A stretch of 64,000 bases of DNA from the NCBI GenBank assembly GCA_964247055.1, contig OZ176051.1, positions 9,362,001-9,426,000 on the forward strand, in the 5' to 3' direction. This document shows, one piece after another, positions 36,464-50,098 of the stretch (positions within the stretch are counted from its first letter, which is position 1; each line of letters begins with the position of its first letter). A program made the translations under genes and the position numbers. This DNA is from Paragordius varius (Eukaryota > Animalia > Nematomorpha). Below the pieces are notes generated by a model, which did not search any database, was not told where the DNA came from, and worked only from the letters and a program-made list of their open reading frames with translations.

Positions 36464-38830
36464 TGGTGGCCAATCGAATTCCGAACGAAGCTAAAGTTGA
36501 GGCCTTACCGATTTCCGAACGAACATGACAACGCCAAGTGCCAATCTCGCTAATGATAATATCAAGTTTGAGGAATGCGTTGATTATATGACAAATGTTA
36601 TGGAGGCGAAAGATATCCCTGTAAAGAACAAGCTCTCAAAACAACCTTACTTGCCTATGGTGGTCTATTGGTTGTGCGCAAAATAAATCAACGACTGTAT
36701 CCCAAAAAAATAAAAGATGCATCATGGAGCGAGATAATGACAACAGGCCTAAAAGAATTTAATCCCACAAAATCAAAATTTCAAAGCAGTTTTGAATTTT
36801 TTCGACTTGTGCGGAGCAACGCTAAATCTTTCACCCAATTTTTAGAACGGGTTAAGATCGCAGCCGAAGAGTCCAAATTCAATGATTCGATTGGGAACGT
36901 ATTCGGGATGCTTTCGTCATTGGTTTACGGCAACCTCAATTGGAAATCGATATACATTCAAGGTATCCAGATGCCTAGATCAACGGACAACCCGTGCCAC
37001 TAGAAACGACAATCGTTGAGGGAGTAGCCATGGACCAAACAAATGTCCTGCCTGGAACCGTAATTGGAAAAAATGTTGAAAACTCAACCACTTCGCTAAA
37101 ATGTGTACAAAAAACGCTGCCAAGAGTATGTTCAACCGCCAGATCCATATAAAAGAAATGCCAGCACGGGGACGCAGAATGTTGTCTATTAAAAGAAAAA
37201 ATGCCAAAGGCACCTGGCTTGGATTGGATCACGAGATTCAACATCGACATTCCTAAAGTACGAATTAACTTTCTTAAACTTGATAAAATTATTGAAAATT
37301 TTCCTAATGTATTTAAAGAGGAATTAGGCTGTTACATTGAGCCGGTTAAATTCATATAACATCAAATGCCTCCCTCAAGGTTTGGCCTTGTCGCCGAGTA
37401 CCGTTTCCCCTAAGAGCAAAAGTTGAGAACGAATTGCTAAGATTACAAAAATTAGACACTTTGGAACCAATAGATCCCAACCTCACACCTCTTACATGGG
37501 CCACGCCCACCGTCAATGTGCTAAAAACGAATGGAAAGGTAAGAATTTGTATGGATTTTAGAGTTACGATCAACAAATGGCTGACGGAGGACTCACATAT
37601 CATTCCAACGTTTGATGGTTTAGTAAGTAAGATCGAAGGCCAAGTTTTCACTAAGATTGATCTGAAAGATGCCTATCTACAAATGCCCATAACTAAAGAA
37701 TCACAACACCTCCTAACAATTCCAACGCACAAGGGTTTTTCCGCTACAAAAGGATGCCTTTCGGACTGTCAAAAGTACCAATAATTTTTCAACGAGTCAT
37801 GGACCAGGTTATATAAGATTGTCCCGGCACTTGTGCATATTTAGATGATGTTAGGCACATTTAAAAAATCTTAATGTTTTAAATGGGTTAGAATTAGCAG
37901 GTTTTAAATTAAGAAAAGATAAAATTGGTAAACTTTCTTTAAATTATCTGGGATTTTAAATAAGTAATAAAGGTATAAATCCTTGCAAGAAGAAAGTAAA
38001 AGCAATCAATGATTTTAAAAAACCTGTGGATAAAAATCTTAAATAAGTTTTTTAGGATTTTTAACGTTTCATGAAATATTTATACCCAAGCTTCAATTGA
38101 TTGGTGATTTACATAGTTTAACAAGTAAGAACGTCAGATGGAACGGTCGGAAAAATACGAGAAAAGTGGAAAGCAGCGAAGGAATTATTAAGTGAACAAG
38201 TATTTTTAACACCATACGATCCGGATAGAAAGTTAGTAATTGAAACCGATGCCTCAGACATAGGGTTTGGATGTATTTTAAGTCCTGTAGTAAATGGTGA
38301 TAGAAAACCCATTGCCTATGGTTGAAGAAAATGTAGTACCCGATGTGAACTACTTCACGATAGAAAGGAAATTAAAGGCTATTGTTTTTGCATTAGAAGA
38401 GTTTCATAACTTCGTTTATGGTAGTAGGTTTGAAACTTTGACAGAGTACCACTGGTTATGTTGAAAAATAGGGATAGAAATTTGAAAGAAATTGAGAATG
38501 CGAAAGTTTTAAGATGGGGTAACCGACTGAATGATTATGTTGAATCAAGTTATCAGGCGGGTCCGAAAAATAGAGCCGATTACTTGTCAAGATGCCCCGG
38601 GGAAGATAATGTTGAAAAAACTGATAGGGATTACATGGTAACGAGACATCTTAGGTTCCTAAATTGTCATAACATTCATTTAAGTCGAGATGAGATCTGG
38701 AGAGAGACAGTAAAGGATAAATTGCAAAAGGTAATCAAGGCTATTCATAATCAAGATTGGAGTGATGTTGAGTTGGCTGGGTTTACGAACCGGAAAGGAG
38801 AAATTTCGTACCAATATGGATTGCTAAGTT
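36464..38830 (+). mobile_element. Second Ty3/Gypsy relic: PBS, gag with zinc knuckles, RT and RNase H; no integrase
   Basis: ...taca t TGGtggcc is PBS-like. Gag includes the CCHC region CPAW..C..LNHFAKMC. RT motifs are WATP, VRICMDFR, FTKIDLKDAYLQ and YLDD; RNase H reads LVIETDASDIG. Multiple frameshifts. Confidence 0.9.
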
Positions 38831-39035
38831 TGAACGATATCGATCATCCCTCGGTTGCTTTGTATCTCAAATCAGTCATTTCTTTGGCTAAAGCCTTCCA
38901 GTCCTTATTACGGTATTTATAAAAATGCACGGATATCTTAAATTTATTACAAAACTTTTAAATAAGACCAAATATAAATCGCGATTAGAACTTTTTTCCA
39001 TCTAATTGATTAAAATTTTAACACGCCTCAAAAAA

Positions 39036-39383
39036 TCAATCACCTCCCTGAAATATATGTCCACATAATTCATCATCCAGGTGATTGAGCTTAAAAATAA
39101 GCTCATTCACATGGCTTATTGTGAATCGATTCTTATTATTCAGGAAAAACATGATTGCCATGCCAGAAAAACTATTTGTTTTATGCGGCAAATTTGGCAA
39201 GCCATTTTCTTTGAAATTATTAAAGTGGTACTCTGTTCGCGTATCCATTGATGCAAAGAGGTAGTCAATGTAAGGTAAGGTGTCTACAGGTGATGCGTAT
39301 ATCCCATCGAGAATAAGTTTCATTTCACTCGTTCTGTGTAATTCGGATTTGTTATGTTGTAAAATCGTAATATCTTCTAACAC
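39036..39383 (-). CDS. Unassigned 115-aa ORF between the Gypsy and mariner relics
   Basis: Open frame with protein-like composition; no motif I recognise. Confidence 0.25.
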   Translation of the reverse strand: MLEDITILQHNKSELHRTSEMKLILDGIYASPVDTLPYIDYLFASMDTRTEYHFNNFKENGLPNLPHKTNSFSGMAIMFFLNNKNRFTISHVNELIFKLNHLDDELCGHIFQGGD

Positions 39384-39479
39384 ATTCCGGTTGTTTTTTA
39401 TTAATGCATGTTACCACTTGTTGGTGAAAGTAACAGTTTTACCCGCGGGTTTTAAGATTTCATAATAAATAACACTCTG

Positions 39480-39900
39480 ATCCTACCAACACAGCATTGT
39501 CTTTTTGCAAAAGCAATTTTGGCTGTTGTTCATAGACCGTCATCTTTGCAAGATAAAGCCACAAATTTTACGCATTTGCAAATTAACCCATTCTCATAAC
39601 CTATCACATTTTGAGGCAAACTGATTTTCTTTCGTCACAATGATGGATAACTATTTTATTGCGATTTGATGTCATTCAAATTGTGTACGACCCATTTTCC
39701 GAGTTTATGTGCCTTTCTCTTTTGCAGACTATGTGATACATGTAATGCTTCTCCCATTTGCCGTTATCGAGATATATCATTAATTAACTATTGTCCTTTA
39801 TCATTAGCAAAGATGTGGTCTATGTGAGCGCCCACTCACTTTTACATTGAAATCAGAACTTTTAAATTAAACATGTTTCATACTTGTAGTCGATTGAGGT
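39480..39900 (-). mobile_element. Mariner transposase relic (HTH region and WVPHEL-type motif)
   Basis: Reads SDFNVKVSGRS, GEALHVSHS and HKLGKWVVHNLND (cf. Mos1-type WVPHEL), with stops. Confidence 0.75.
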
Positions 39901-40620
39901 TGATTAATATGCAGCAAACAATGACTCTCAACAGCCTTTTTTTCAATGAAATAAAGCAATCTTGATATAAAGCTTTTTTATAAAATTCGACATGATTGAT
40001 GAATGACAAGAGCAAGGGCAAGAGGCCTACGTATGTTTATTAAATGTCTAATTAATAAAATGGGGTCTGTGATAAATAATCGTATGCGTACTCTGCAATG
40101 ACGTCGTCTCTTAGTTGAATCAATAAGTATATGACAACATCAGATATATCCAACTGATTTAAAAATATATGAATGGGTATTTGATTTGACTAATATTTTG
40201 TCATTTATTTAGAAAAAATAATATTTTTGCTGTTATTTTAATAATTTTCGATATATATTTCATGTATATTTTACAGTGGTTAAACAGTTATTATCTATAT
40301 TATATTAATGGTTGTGTATAGGAAAATAAAAAATTCATTGATAAGTTTTGTGGTAATACAGGTTTGTATATTACCTTTTCTAAACGGTTAAAAAATAGCC
40401 CGTTGGAAAGTATATTATCAAATAAATTAAATATTTAAATTGTATTATCATTTGTAATGTAGTAGGATTTATAGCAAATAGATATTAAAAAACATTATTT
40501 ATATATTTAGATTCAATTAATACATAAAAATATTTCCCAATTTTTGATATTCATGATAGAATTTACGGTAAAGTTGTTTGTGTGATTTAAACTTAATTAA
40601 CTGTTCATGCAGTGAGGATT

Positions 40621-41060
40621 TCGATTTTAATGCTCCTTTAATTACTTTACATTTTGGTAATATAATTTTAACCCAAATATAGTCCGATAATTAATTAACA
40701 AAATCTATTTCATTATATTTTTTTGAATTTTATATCATAATAATAATGGATGTTTGCCGATCAATTATAATCTGATGTATTCGAATGAATCAAAGCTATT
40801 TTTTGTGTTTAATTATATATTGTATGATTAAATATTATTTTAAAACTTACGGAAGGTATTAAAAAATTAAACACAAAAAATAGTTTTGATTCATTCGAAT
40901 AGTCTACATCAGATTATAATTGATCGGCAATCTATTATTATTATGATATAAAATTCAAAAAAATATAATGAAATAGTTTTTGTTAATTAATTATCGGACT
41001 ATATTTGGGTTAAAATTATATTACCAAAATGTAAAGTAATTAAAGGAGCATTAAAATCGA
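40621..41060. repeat. Long near-perfect inverted repeat (foldback): arms ~190 bp, spacer ~50 nt
   Basis: tcgattttaatgctcctttaattactttac... (40621) pairs with ...gtaaagtaattaaaggagcattaaaatcga (41060). Confidence 0.93.
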
Positions 41061-44000
41061 GTAATAATTTATGAATAGCTAAAAACTTTGAGATAATGGA
41101 CATCGAAATGATAAATGCGATTAAAATTCTGGAAAAAAAGTAATTATTTCTTGCAATTTGCGGGAAAATAGCATTTTTATCGCACATTAGCTTGAATAAA
41201 ATATTAACCAATAGAGGGAAACTCAATTATATTTTATTATGTATATGTATCATAAGCCTAATCCTAAACTTCAAAACTTGAATATAGAACGAGATGAGGA
41301 TTAAATTTTGTAAGCAAATAGGTTGGTTCGAACCCAACGGAACATGTTCTTGCTAAGTTCGGTGCTATTTAAATGAATTTTCTAATCGAACAACTTCCCA
41401 AACTATTGGTAAATGAAATAGCCTAGTAATAATTAATGCTAATATAAATTAGTGATTGTATTCACAAAAGCTTACAGCATTGGTACTCAACAACAAAAGA
41501 TAAAGGGACGAAAAAAAATTTATCTTGTCGCAAGGGCCAAGTAACCATGTAATCCGATAAAAATTTCAGAGCTCTTTGACACATTTGCAGATATTTATAC
41601 TTAAAATAAACATTTCAAAATATAAAAAATTATTTAAGGGAAAAGATCCCTTAGAGTGGTTGGAGTACCACTGATAAAATGATTTTAATAATCCTAACCT
41701 AATTTAATTACAAAAGGGCTTTTACGTACGGCAGAACCGTGAAAATGAAACCGATAATACTCTCGCTTCAATAAATATTTCAGCTCAAAACATAAAATAG
41801 ATATAAAATTTTAGGGCAAATCTAAACAACACCTAAAAATATATTCTAAAAGTTAAATATTTTATTGACTTTGTTATTAAATTATTTTTGGAATATTAAA
41901 ATTATGAATTTATTTGATAAATCCAAAAACTTTCGCGGGCCGCAAATTATTGCAGAAGGCCGCGTGTAGGACCGTGCTGGTAGATAAATGGAATCGAGAT
42001 ACTACTGTTGGTTTATGAAGCTTTAATTATCTCTTTAAATCAACGTTTTACTTATTCAAAGTTGTGGGATCAAATAAGAATTTGCCTAAAATGTTTATTA
42101 TTTATTTGTGAGATATAGTTAATTTTTGTAAATCATCACAAAACGAGATAAGTATTAGATGTTTTGTCTTATTATTAGTTTCAATTGATTATTAACAAGA
42201 GCGATTTGATCACCGGCTGAAAGAAGCAACTTTATACAAGAATTCGCTGTGCATTTGATTGTATACGGAGACTGATATTTAGCATACACAGTTATTCTTG
42301 TGGAATATTGGTTTGGTAAGAGGTGAGGCTTGATTTGGTCCCAGGTGCTTGCCTCACTATTCCATCCGATATCTAATATATCGATAAAGGGTAATATATT
42401 ACACATTAGTAAAAAACGCATATCATTAACATAAGAGGTTTGTTTATAAACATATATTATGGGCAAAATTTTATGCGAATGGTTTTAATACTCGTATTCA
42501 TCAATGATTAAAAATCAAATAAAACTCATTTACGATTGTGTGAGTGTATGCATGGCGATATTTGCTTTCACTAATCAGTTAACATACTGTTGTTTGTTAA
42601 ATTTTAATTTTACGCCAGTAAGTATTAACTAATGCCCAAACTACATTTTCCGAAAATAAAATACATGCTGAGAATTATAAATAATCTATATATTTTTTAT
42701 CTAAATAATAAATAATTCACAATATAATAAAACTTTGTGTGACATATTGCGCATATATATTCCCTAAAGTGAACATCAAGTAAAAATACATTTTCGTTTA
42801 TTTTTATTTGTAATTTTTTTTTTAATATTAAAGGGTTGATGTTAAGTTGCATTATATCATTAAATTCTTTTAATTTTTTTAAAAAAATAAGTACTTTTGG
42901 AAGCAGTTTGGCACTTTTGAGCTACCAATTTGATTTCATGTAGAGAATCCGATTTTTTTAGATATATTTTGTCGTATTTGGATATTTCTTTTCTCGAACC
43001 ACTTAGTATCAACTTATTATTGTCCATGTAGGTTTTAAATTTAGTCAGGTATTCATAAGAAGGGCCAAGAATCTCAACATCTTTTATATTCCATCCAAGT
43101 GTTGAGAAACTAACTGTATTTTCACACTGATAGTATTTCCGAACACTTTTCGCTAATATATATTATATTAAATTAAGCCTAATTATTCTATAATAACGTG
43201 AGGTTTTTAGATTTTGAATTATTTTAGTAAAAAAATTTATATAACTCAAATTTTAATATACGTTAATAGAGTTTTCTTAGAGCACTAATACACAATATGG
43301 AATTAACTTAACAAAAAGTTTGCAGCTCATGTTTTTTAATATTTACGATTAATAGGTATGTACCGGAATATTTGTTTTTTTTGCAATGGAAAAGATGTTA
43401 AATATTGAATAATATATAATTGTAATAAAAAAATTAATAATTAAACTTACTTAAACTTTTGGGCATATATTTAAAGTTTCCAGCTTTGTCCCACGTTCCT
43501 GGATAAATAATACATAGTTTAAGTTATTTTTCTAGTTTATAACAAGGAGAATTGCCTAAATTTTGAGAGCATTAACACACTGGTCTACCAGGATTCACAG
43601 TAATGATGGAAAAATTTTACACTTAATTATAAATATATATGACATGTAAAAATTTTAAATAAATAATAAAAACCATCAAATTTAGTTTTCCATCTTCTAT
43701 ATACAAAATTATTCACGAAAAGGGCTAAAAACTCATCAGGAATCGCTGTTATATTAGCTTGAATAGAGCCGTTGGATATTTGATTTATTCTATAAAAACT
43801 ATGAAGGTTTAATTCACATGTTTTTGCTAAATTTGGGTCATTGAACAAATCGGAACAATCTTTCTCAAATATAAATCGTCCATTGTAGCTCTTGTAATCC
43901 GTCAAAGGGTAGAAAATTGTTGCAAGAAATCTAATTTCTTTACCATCTACGTTAATGGTCCAATATCCAGCATAATCACATTTACCAGGTATATTAAAGA

Positions 44001-44720
44001 TTAATTTTGTTTTGTTTGACACCTGAAAGGGCACTTTTTTTCCATATTTGGTAGTTATTTGAATGGTAGGGGGTGTTTTTGAATTTTTAAGAGGTTGCCA
44101 AAACTCATGTATATCGAATTCACACTTTTTGATCTTATTTGGTGATACATCTATGCCTCCTGTAGTTACTATAAATCGAGAAATTACATTACAAAATATT
44201 AGACATAGAAAAAAAATATAAAATATCTATTGATATTGATAAATTGGGCAAAAAACGTAACATAGTGTGTAAGGATAACACATATATTGTTATATTGTTA
44301 TTCAATGATATTTAGCGAAAAGCGGTTATTACAAAATATATGCATCATTCACCTATGAATCATACGTAAAAAATTAACACTTGCACATTGTAAGAGTATT
44401 ATAATATTAAATTTATTACCTTCAAGAGAAATATTTCCATGCTTTATTGTTACACCATTTTTCAAAACGGAATAAGGGCCATCAACTAAATTCAATTTAG
44501 GCGCTATCTCTTGATCAAGAAATTGGGAATAATTAACATTAGGGTAGGAAAATGTTCCAAACGCAAAATTGACAGTTATGTTAGCTCGACCTTGATACTC
44601 ATCAAGAAGTTGATAATAATATTCTTGACCAAATGAAACCCAAATATCATTAGGACTTGGTTGCTCCTGAGCTAATGTACTGTAGAACCCAAATAGGAAG
44701 AAAATTGGTAGTAAAATCAT
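41061..44720 (-). pseudogene. Copy 3 of the receptor gene: 5' exons only, disabled and truncated
   Basis: Exon 1 (44720-44420) and exon 2 are open. The exon-5 acceptor AG is changed to AA (~42509) and TAT is changed to TAA (~42485). Homology to copies 1 and 2 ends at 41061. Confidence 0.78.
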
Positions 44721-47199
44721 TTCAAAAAATTTAATAGCTTTGATATAATTATTGGAGGTCTTATATAGAAATGCTTTAAAATAAAATGGGCCCTACATAT
44801 TAAAGGAGATAAAGCAAATATTATTGAAATTTGGCAATGTATAATGATATTGCAGGCTACTAAATAAATATTTTTTAATTTTCTTTGGACCAAAATCCTA
44901 ATTTTTATGTATTTCGACAAAAACATTATGTAAAACTCGTGTCTAATACATTAGTTTTGTAAAATGTCAATATTTGCAATAAACCAAAACAACTTGCCCG
45001 ACAGTTATTACGGTAAACAATAAATTAAAGTGTATTTGATCTGGCTAAGCTTACAATCTCAAATCTGGTTTAAACACGATCGCCAATTTTAAATTATATA
45101 ACTCAAAATTTGTATTATAGTTAATTTATTATATATAAAAAAGGAATAAACTGTATAATTTTAAGTGATTTGAAGAGCATGAAACGGAATCTTATAGAAG
45201 GTTCACGACAAAATAAATAAATTTTGCGAAAAGAAAATATAGAGATACACTGGTAGTTTTTCATTAAATAATGCCAACAACTATATCTTTATTTTTATTA
45301 AATACCAATAAAATGCCAAAAATTTACCTATATGTCGTATTAATTATTAGCTTTTAACAAATATTTTAAATAACCTACTTAAAAAAGTTTTTGAGCCAAC
45401 CCACAATTTAGTTCAATTCGGAATGTTTTCAACTTTAAGCGATTATAATTTAAGAAATTAGGAACTTATATATATAATTCGGCATATTACCTGATGATCA
45501 ACATGAGCATATATAAATCAATGAAAATCCCATTTTAAGTCTAAATAGAATTATACCATTTAGTCCAGTTCAACACTTTTCCAACTAAACGCACATTTTA
45601 TCAAGTAAAGAGAGCATCGTAACTTCTAAACGTAACATTATTTGTAGTAAAAATTTTATTTAAGACCTGAAATTCAGCTAACCATATAAAATCTAAAAGA
45701 ATTCGTAATATAATTTATATAATAAAAAAAACTGTCTTTAAATGCAAAAATAATGTTGCGAAATGAAAAATTTGTCTTGCTTGAAAAATTTTATGGATAG
45801 AGGTTGTGGCGGGAGCTTGATAAAATGTTGCGATTGTTAAGATATTGTTGATTTTTACCGATTAGTTAACCTGGTAATTATTTAATTTTGATGATAATGA
45901 TTACATATTCATTTTCTTAGTCTAATGCAGCTTAATTAATGTAAACTATAGAATGTAATTTTTCAAAATACTAGCGTAAATCTCGTGCTGCTACGCGGGC
46001 TATTTGAAAAAAGGGACAATAAAATGATCCACATATGTGGATTATTTCGAAACATTATTTAATAGCTATGATCTCATAGGAATTTTAAAACAGTGTATTC
46101 ATACTAATATATTGTTTACTTGGGCGAAAAATAAAAAATGATTTTTGTGGACTTAATTTTTTTCAAAAAAATGGCATTTTACGGGGGGGAGCGGGTAAAA
46201 AGAGGGCCTAAAAAAGCGATCCGACTATGTTCGGCGCAATCGAAAATAAGTAACAAAAATCATATTTGAAAGAGAATGATCCAACACGTTCTCCGGAAAT
46301 TTGTCTCAAAGACAAATTTTTGTGGACTTCTCTTTTCAAAAAAACCGTTTTTTAGACGGGGTGGGCCCGAACTGTGGGCCTAATTTAAAAAAAGGGCGAA
46401 GCTATTGTCGGGGCATTCATTATGATTATATTTTCGATGGATTTGAATGGGTGTACCGGTTTTCTAGAAAAATATCACAAAGCCAGCATTTTCCATTTTT
46501 ATAAATATATATAGATTTCGATACTGTGACAAAAATAAACATATCTTTCTTTTATGGGATATTCATTAAAACTAAAATTGAATCGTTATCATTTTTAAAG
46601 GCAAACGATATATTAATATCATCCTTTTATTTTCTCTAAAATGTTCTTAATTTTATTGCTATTTTTTGTGTCATAAGACTCACAATAAGCGTTAGCCTAA
46701 ATATAAACTGGCTTATCGCTTTGCCTTTAAGGGTAATAGGTCTAAGTGTCGGGGGTCAATGATTTAGCCTTTAATGTCGGTATTTTAATTCGCATATGCT
46801 CAAACAGTTATGATTCAAATTGCCAACAGACAGTACTAATCTCATTTTTGTTTATTGTAAAAAAATTTAAATACCGATTTCTGATATCAATTTAATTTTT
46901 TTTAGATTTTATGCCAAAAAGCAAGACAATTTTTTATGCTACTTTTATAAAAGAGATCAATAATAAAAAACGATATATATAACGCCGCCCTCTAGTACCT
47001 TGCACAAAAAGTCTGGGGATTTTTTATGCTAACACACATTTTGTTCCCTTAACCACTCATATGCAACATCAAACTTTAATTTCCAGTGTAATAACTTTAC
47101 ATTTTAACTTAAGTTAAAAAAAATAAATTTATCCATTTGCAACATAACAATATTTTACCTATTATTTCATCTTATACTTACGATATACCAATATTGAAG

Positions 47200-48205
47200 G
47201 CCAAATAACTTAATTACAATAAAAACATTAACACATTTTTCAATCTATAATATTAATGATGTTGGATATCTCTTAGTTTATGTACAAACTCTGGGGCAGT
47301 TGTGACGATTCGACCATATTGTAAGATATCTGTGCAAGTTCTTGGATTAAATGTGGTGTATATTTTTAATCTAATCTAAATATCGTAGCTTAAGCCTTCC
47401 AAGTTTCCTAGCCCCTTCAACTAAGCCTAAGATTATCGCTTTTTCTAAGTTATCGGCTCTCATCACATGTCCGTAAACTCTGTGCTGAAAGGCATGAAAT
47501 TTTTGATGAAGGTTAGTTTGGGTTTAATATGTACTAATATTTTATATTGTATCTTTTGCTCCCATTCTAAACCAATATATCTATAGGTCCATAACTCAAA
47601 CGCTTTTATTTTATTGCAAATGACTTACAGCTTTAGTGCATTACTGGAAAACTTATTGATCTATTACACGCTTTTTGATGGAATTTGGAATTCTTTTGGA
47701 GAATGGATTTAAGTATGATTATTGCATTTTATGCCATTGCAGCTCTCCTGGTACTGCTGGTTGTAGAGGTGCCATTTATTAAAGTAGTAGATCTGAGGTA
47801 AGTTAAGTTTTTCTGAATGTTTTGTTCTTAAAATTCACAGTAAGTCCTCTTTTGTTGGGATAAGATTGTTGCGTCATCAGCGAAACGCAAGTTATTGGTT
47901 GTCTCGCCTTCTATTATGATGCCTGCTGAGTCATTTCTATTATATTTGTGATGTCAGTAAGTTAAATAGCGAAGGTGATAGTGTACATCCTTGTCTGACC
48001 CTCATTTCTCTATTTATTGTTTGGCTGGGGCTTGCTGAAACTCGTATAACTGCTTTTTCATTTGAAGATTGTTAAGATTTAATAATGTGCAGAGAAAATC
48101 CGCTTCACCCATAGTTTTTCATAGACCACCCTATCAAAGCCTTGGAGTAGTTCAGGAAGGAAAATATTTTTGTTGTATGCATTTGCTTGTTCTATCATGC
48201 GTTTT
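47200..48205 (-). mobile_element. Duplicate of the 9395-10870 RTE fragment, truncated at the unit A/B junction
   Basis: Nearly identical to ~9330-10330; abruptly joins unit B sequence at ~48210. Confidence 0.85.
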
Positions 48206-49042
48206 ATATTACAAACTTGTGCCCTAGATATTTTTCTCAACATAGATATATAGAAATTTTAAGCTTTGGTCCATTATTTAATAATATTTATTTAGTTTCC
48301 TCCATGCTTTAATGAGTTGCCAAATTAATAATTATTTATCTCAACTGTTAATTTTTGTCTAACCTTACCACTTATTCCTACTGAATATATAATTGAATTA
48401 TGCAAAATTTTAAGATATATAGACATAATTCCAAGTAAGAAAGATTAACTAAAAGGTTCAGTAGCTAAGATAACTGTCAATTTTGCTTATGGAAATTTAC
48501 TTAGATAAAATTAAATACAATTTTTTTAAAAGTAATTAACCAAATAATACCTGTAGTAATTACTATCAAAAGCAAATTATATAATTTGATTGCTATGCAT
48601 ATCTAGGGCAGGGGTGTAACACATTTCGCGGACGGCATGCTTGTATCAAAAATTTGACGGGCCAAACAAAATATATGGGCATTAATAAAATTATTGAATT
48701 TAAAATATAAGAGTGCACAAATTATTGTTTATTTTAACAATTTTAGCTAGATCATGCAAAATTTTTGAGAAGATTTTTATAAAAAAATCACTTATGCTTA
48801 GATCTCATAAAATATTAAAATTTCTGGCGAACTCCATAAATATTTTGGAGGGACATGCGACTTGTTAGATATTTCTGAATTAGGGTAATAATAGTGATCA
48901 CATATTAGACTACTTTTTAATCGCCGTGAAATATTTTATTATATGATTAATTTTATTTTTGTCACTTATGTATTAATACGACCGTTTGTGATGCGCCTCT
49001 TAACACGTTAAATAAATTTACACTATTAAACACTATAAAACA

Positions 49043-50093
49043 ACAATTAAATATTTTTTTCAAATCATAATATGTTGCCTTGATATTTCCAATAATTAAA
49101 CATATATTTTCCACAATGCCCAATAACTTTTTAGTGTTTCTAACAATCAAACATATTTCAACAATGAAATAATTTTTCCAACAATCAAATTATGTGGCCC
49201 AATAATATTTTAGTTTTTCCTACAATCAACATATATTTATACAAAAAAATAATTTCTCCAACAATTTAAATATGTTGCCCAGCAATACCTAAGAGTTTTA
49301 ACAATCAAAGATAGATTTTTAATAACTAAATAATTTTTCCAATAATCAAAAGAAATTGCCCAATAATATTTTAGCATAACATTCAAAGCTATATTTTCAG
49401 CAATCAATATATGATGCCCAATAATAATTAGTGTGTCCGACAATCAAACCTTTATTTTCAACAATCAAATAATTTTTTTAACAATCAAAATATGTTACCC
49501 AATAACTTTCTATTGTTTCCAACACTCAAACATATATTTTCAACAATGAAATAACTTTTTTAATAATGAAAAGATGTTGTCAATAATATTTTAGTTTAAA
49601 CAACAATCAAACATATATTTTTAATAATCAAATTGCCATTGCGTTGCTGAACCGGATCGATCAAGAAAACCGTTTTTTGTTACCGTGAGGCCTTTAGATT
49701 TTTCCAATAATCAAAAGATTTTGCCCAATAATATTTTATTATTTCCAACAATAAAACATATATTGGCAACAATAATAATTTTTCCAACAATCTAAATTTG
49801 TTGCCCAGTAATTTGGTTATAACAACAATCAAACATATATTTCTAACAATCAAATAATTATTCCAACAATCAAAATATGTTGCCCAAAAATTTTAATATT
49901 TCCAACAATCAAACATATATATTCAAAAAGGAAATAATTTTTCCAACTATCACAATTATTTATAACATTTAAACTTATATTTTTAACAATCAAATAATTT
50001 TTCCAACAATCAAAATATATTGCCCAATAATTTTAGTGTTTCCAACAAGCATATAATTACAAATATCAAATTATTTTCAAACAATAAAAAAAA
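49043..50093. repeat. Duplicate of the ~80-bp satellite array
   Basis: Nearly identical to 23480-24530, including the same GC-richer interruption. Confidence 0.85.
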
Positions 50094-50098
50094 GTTCC

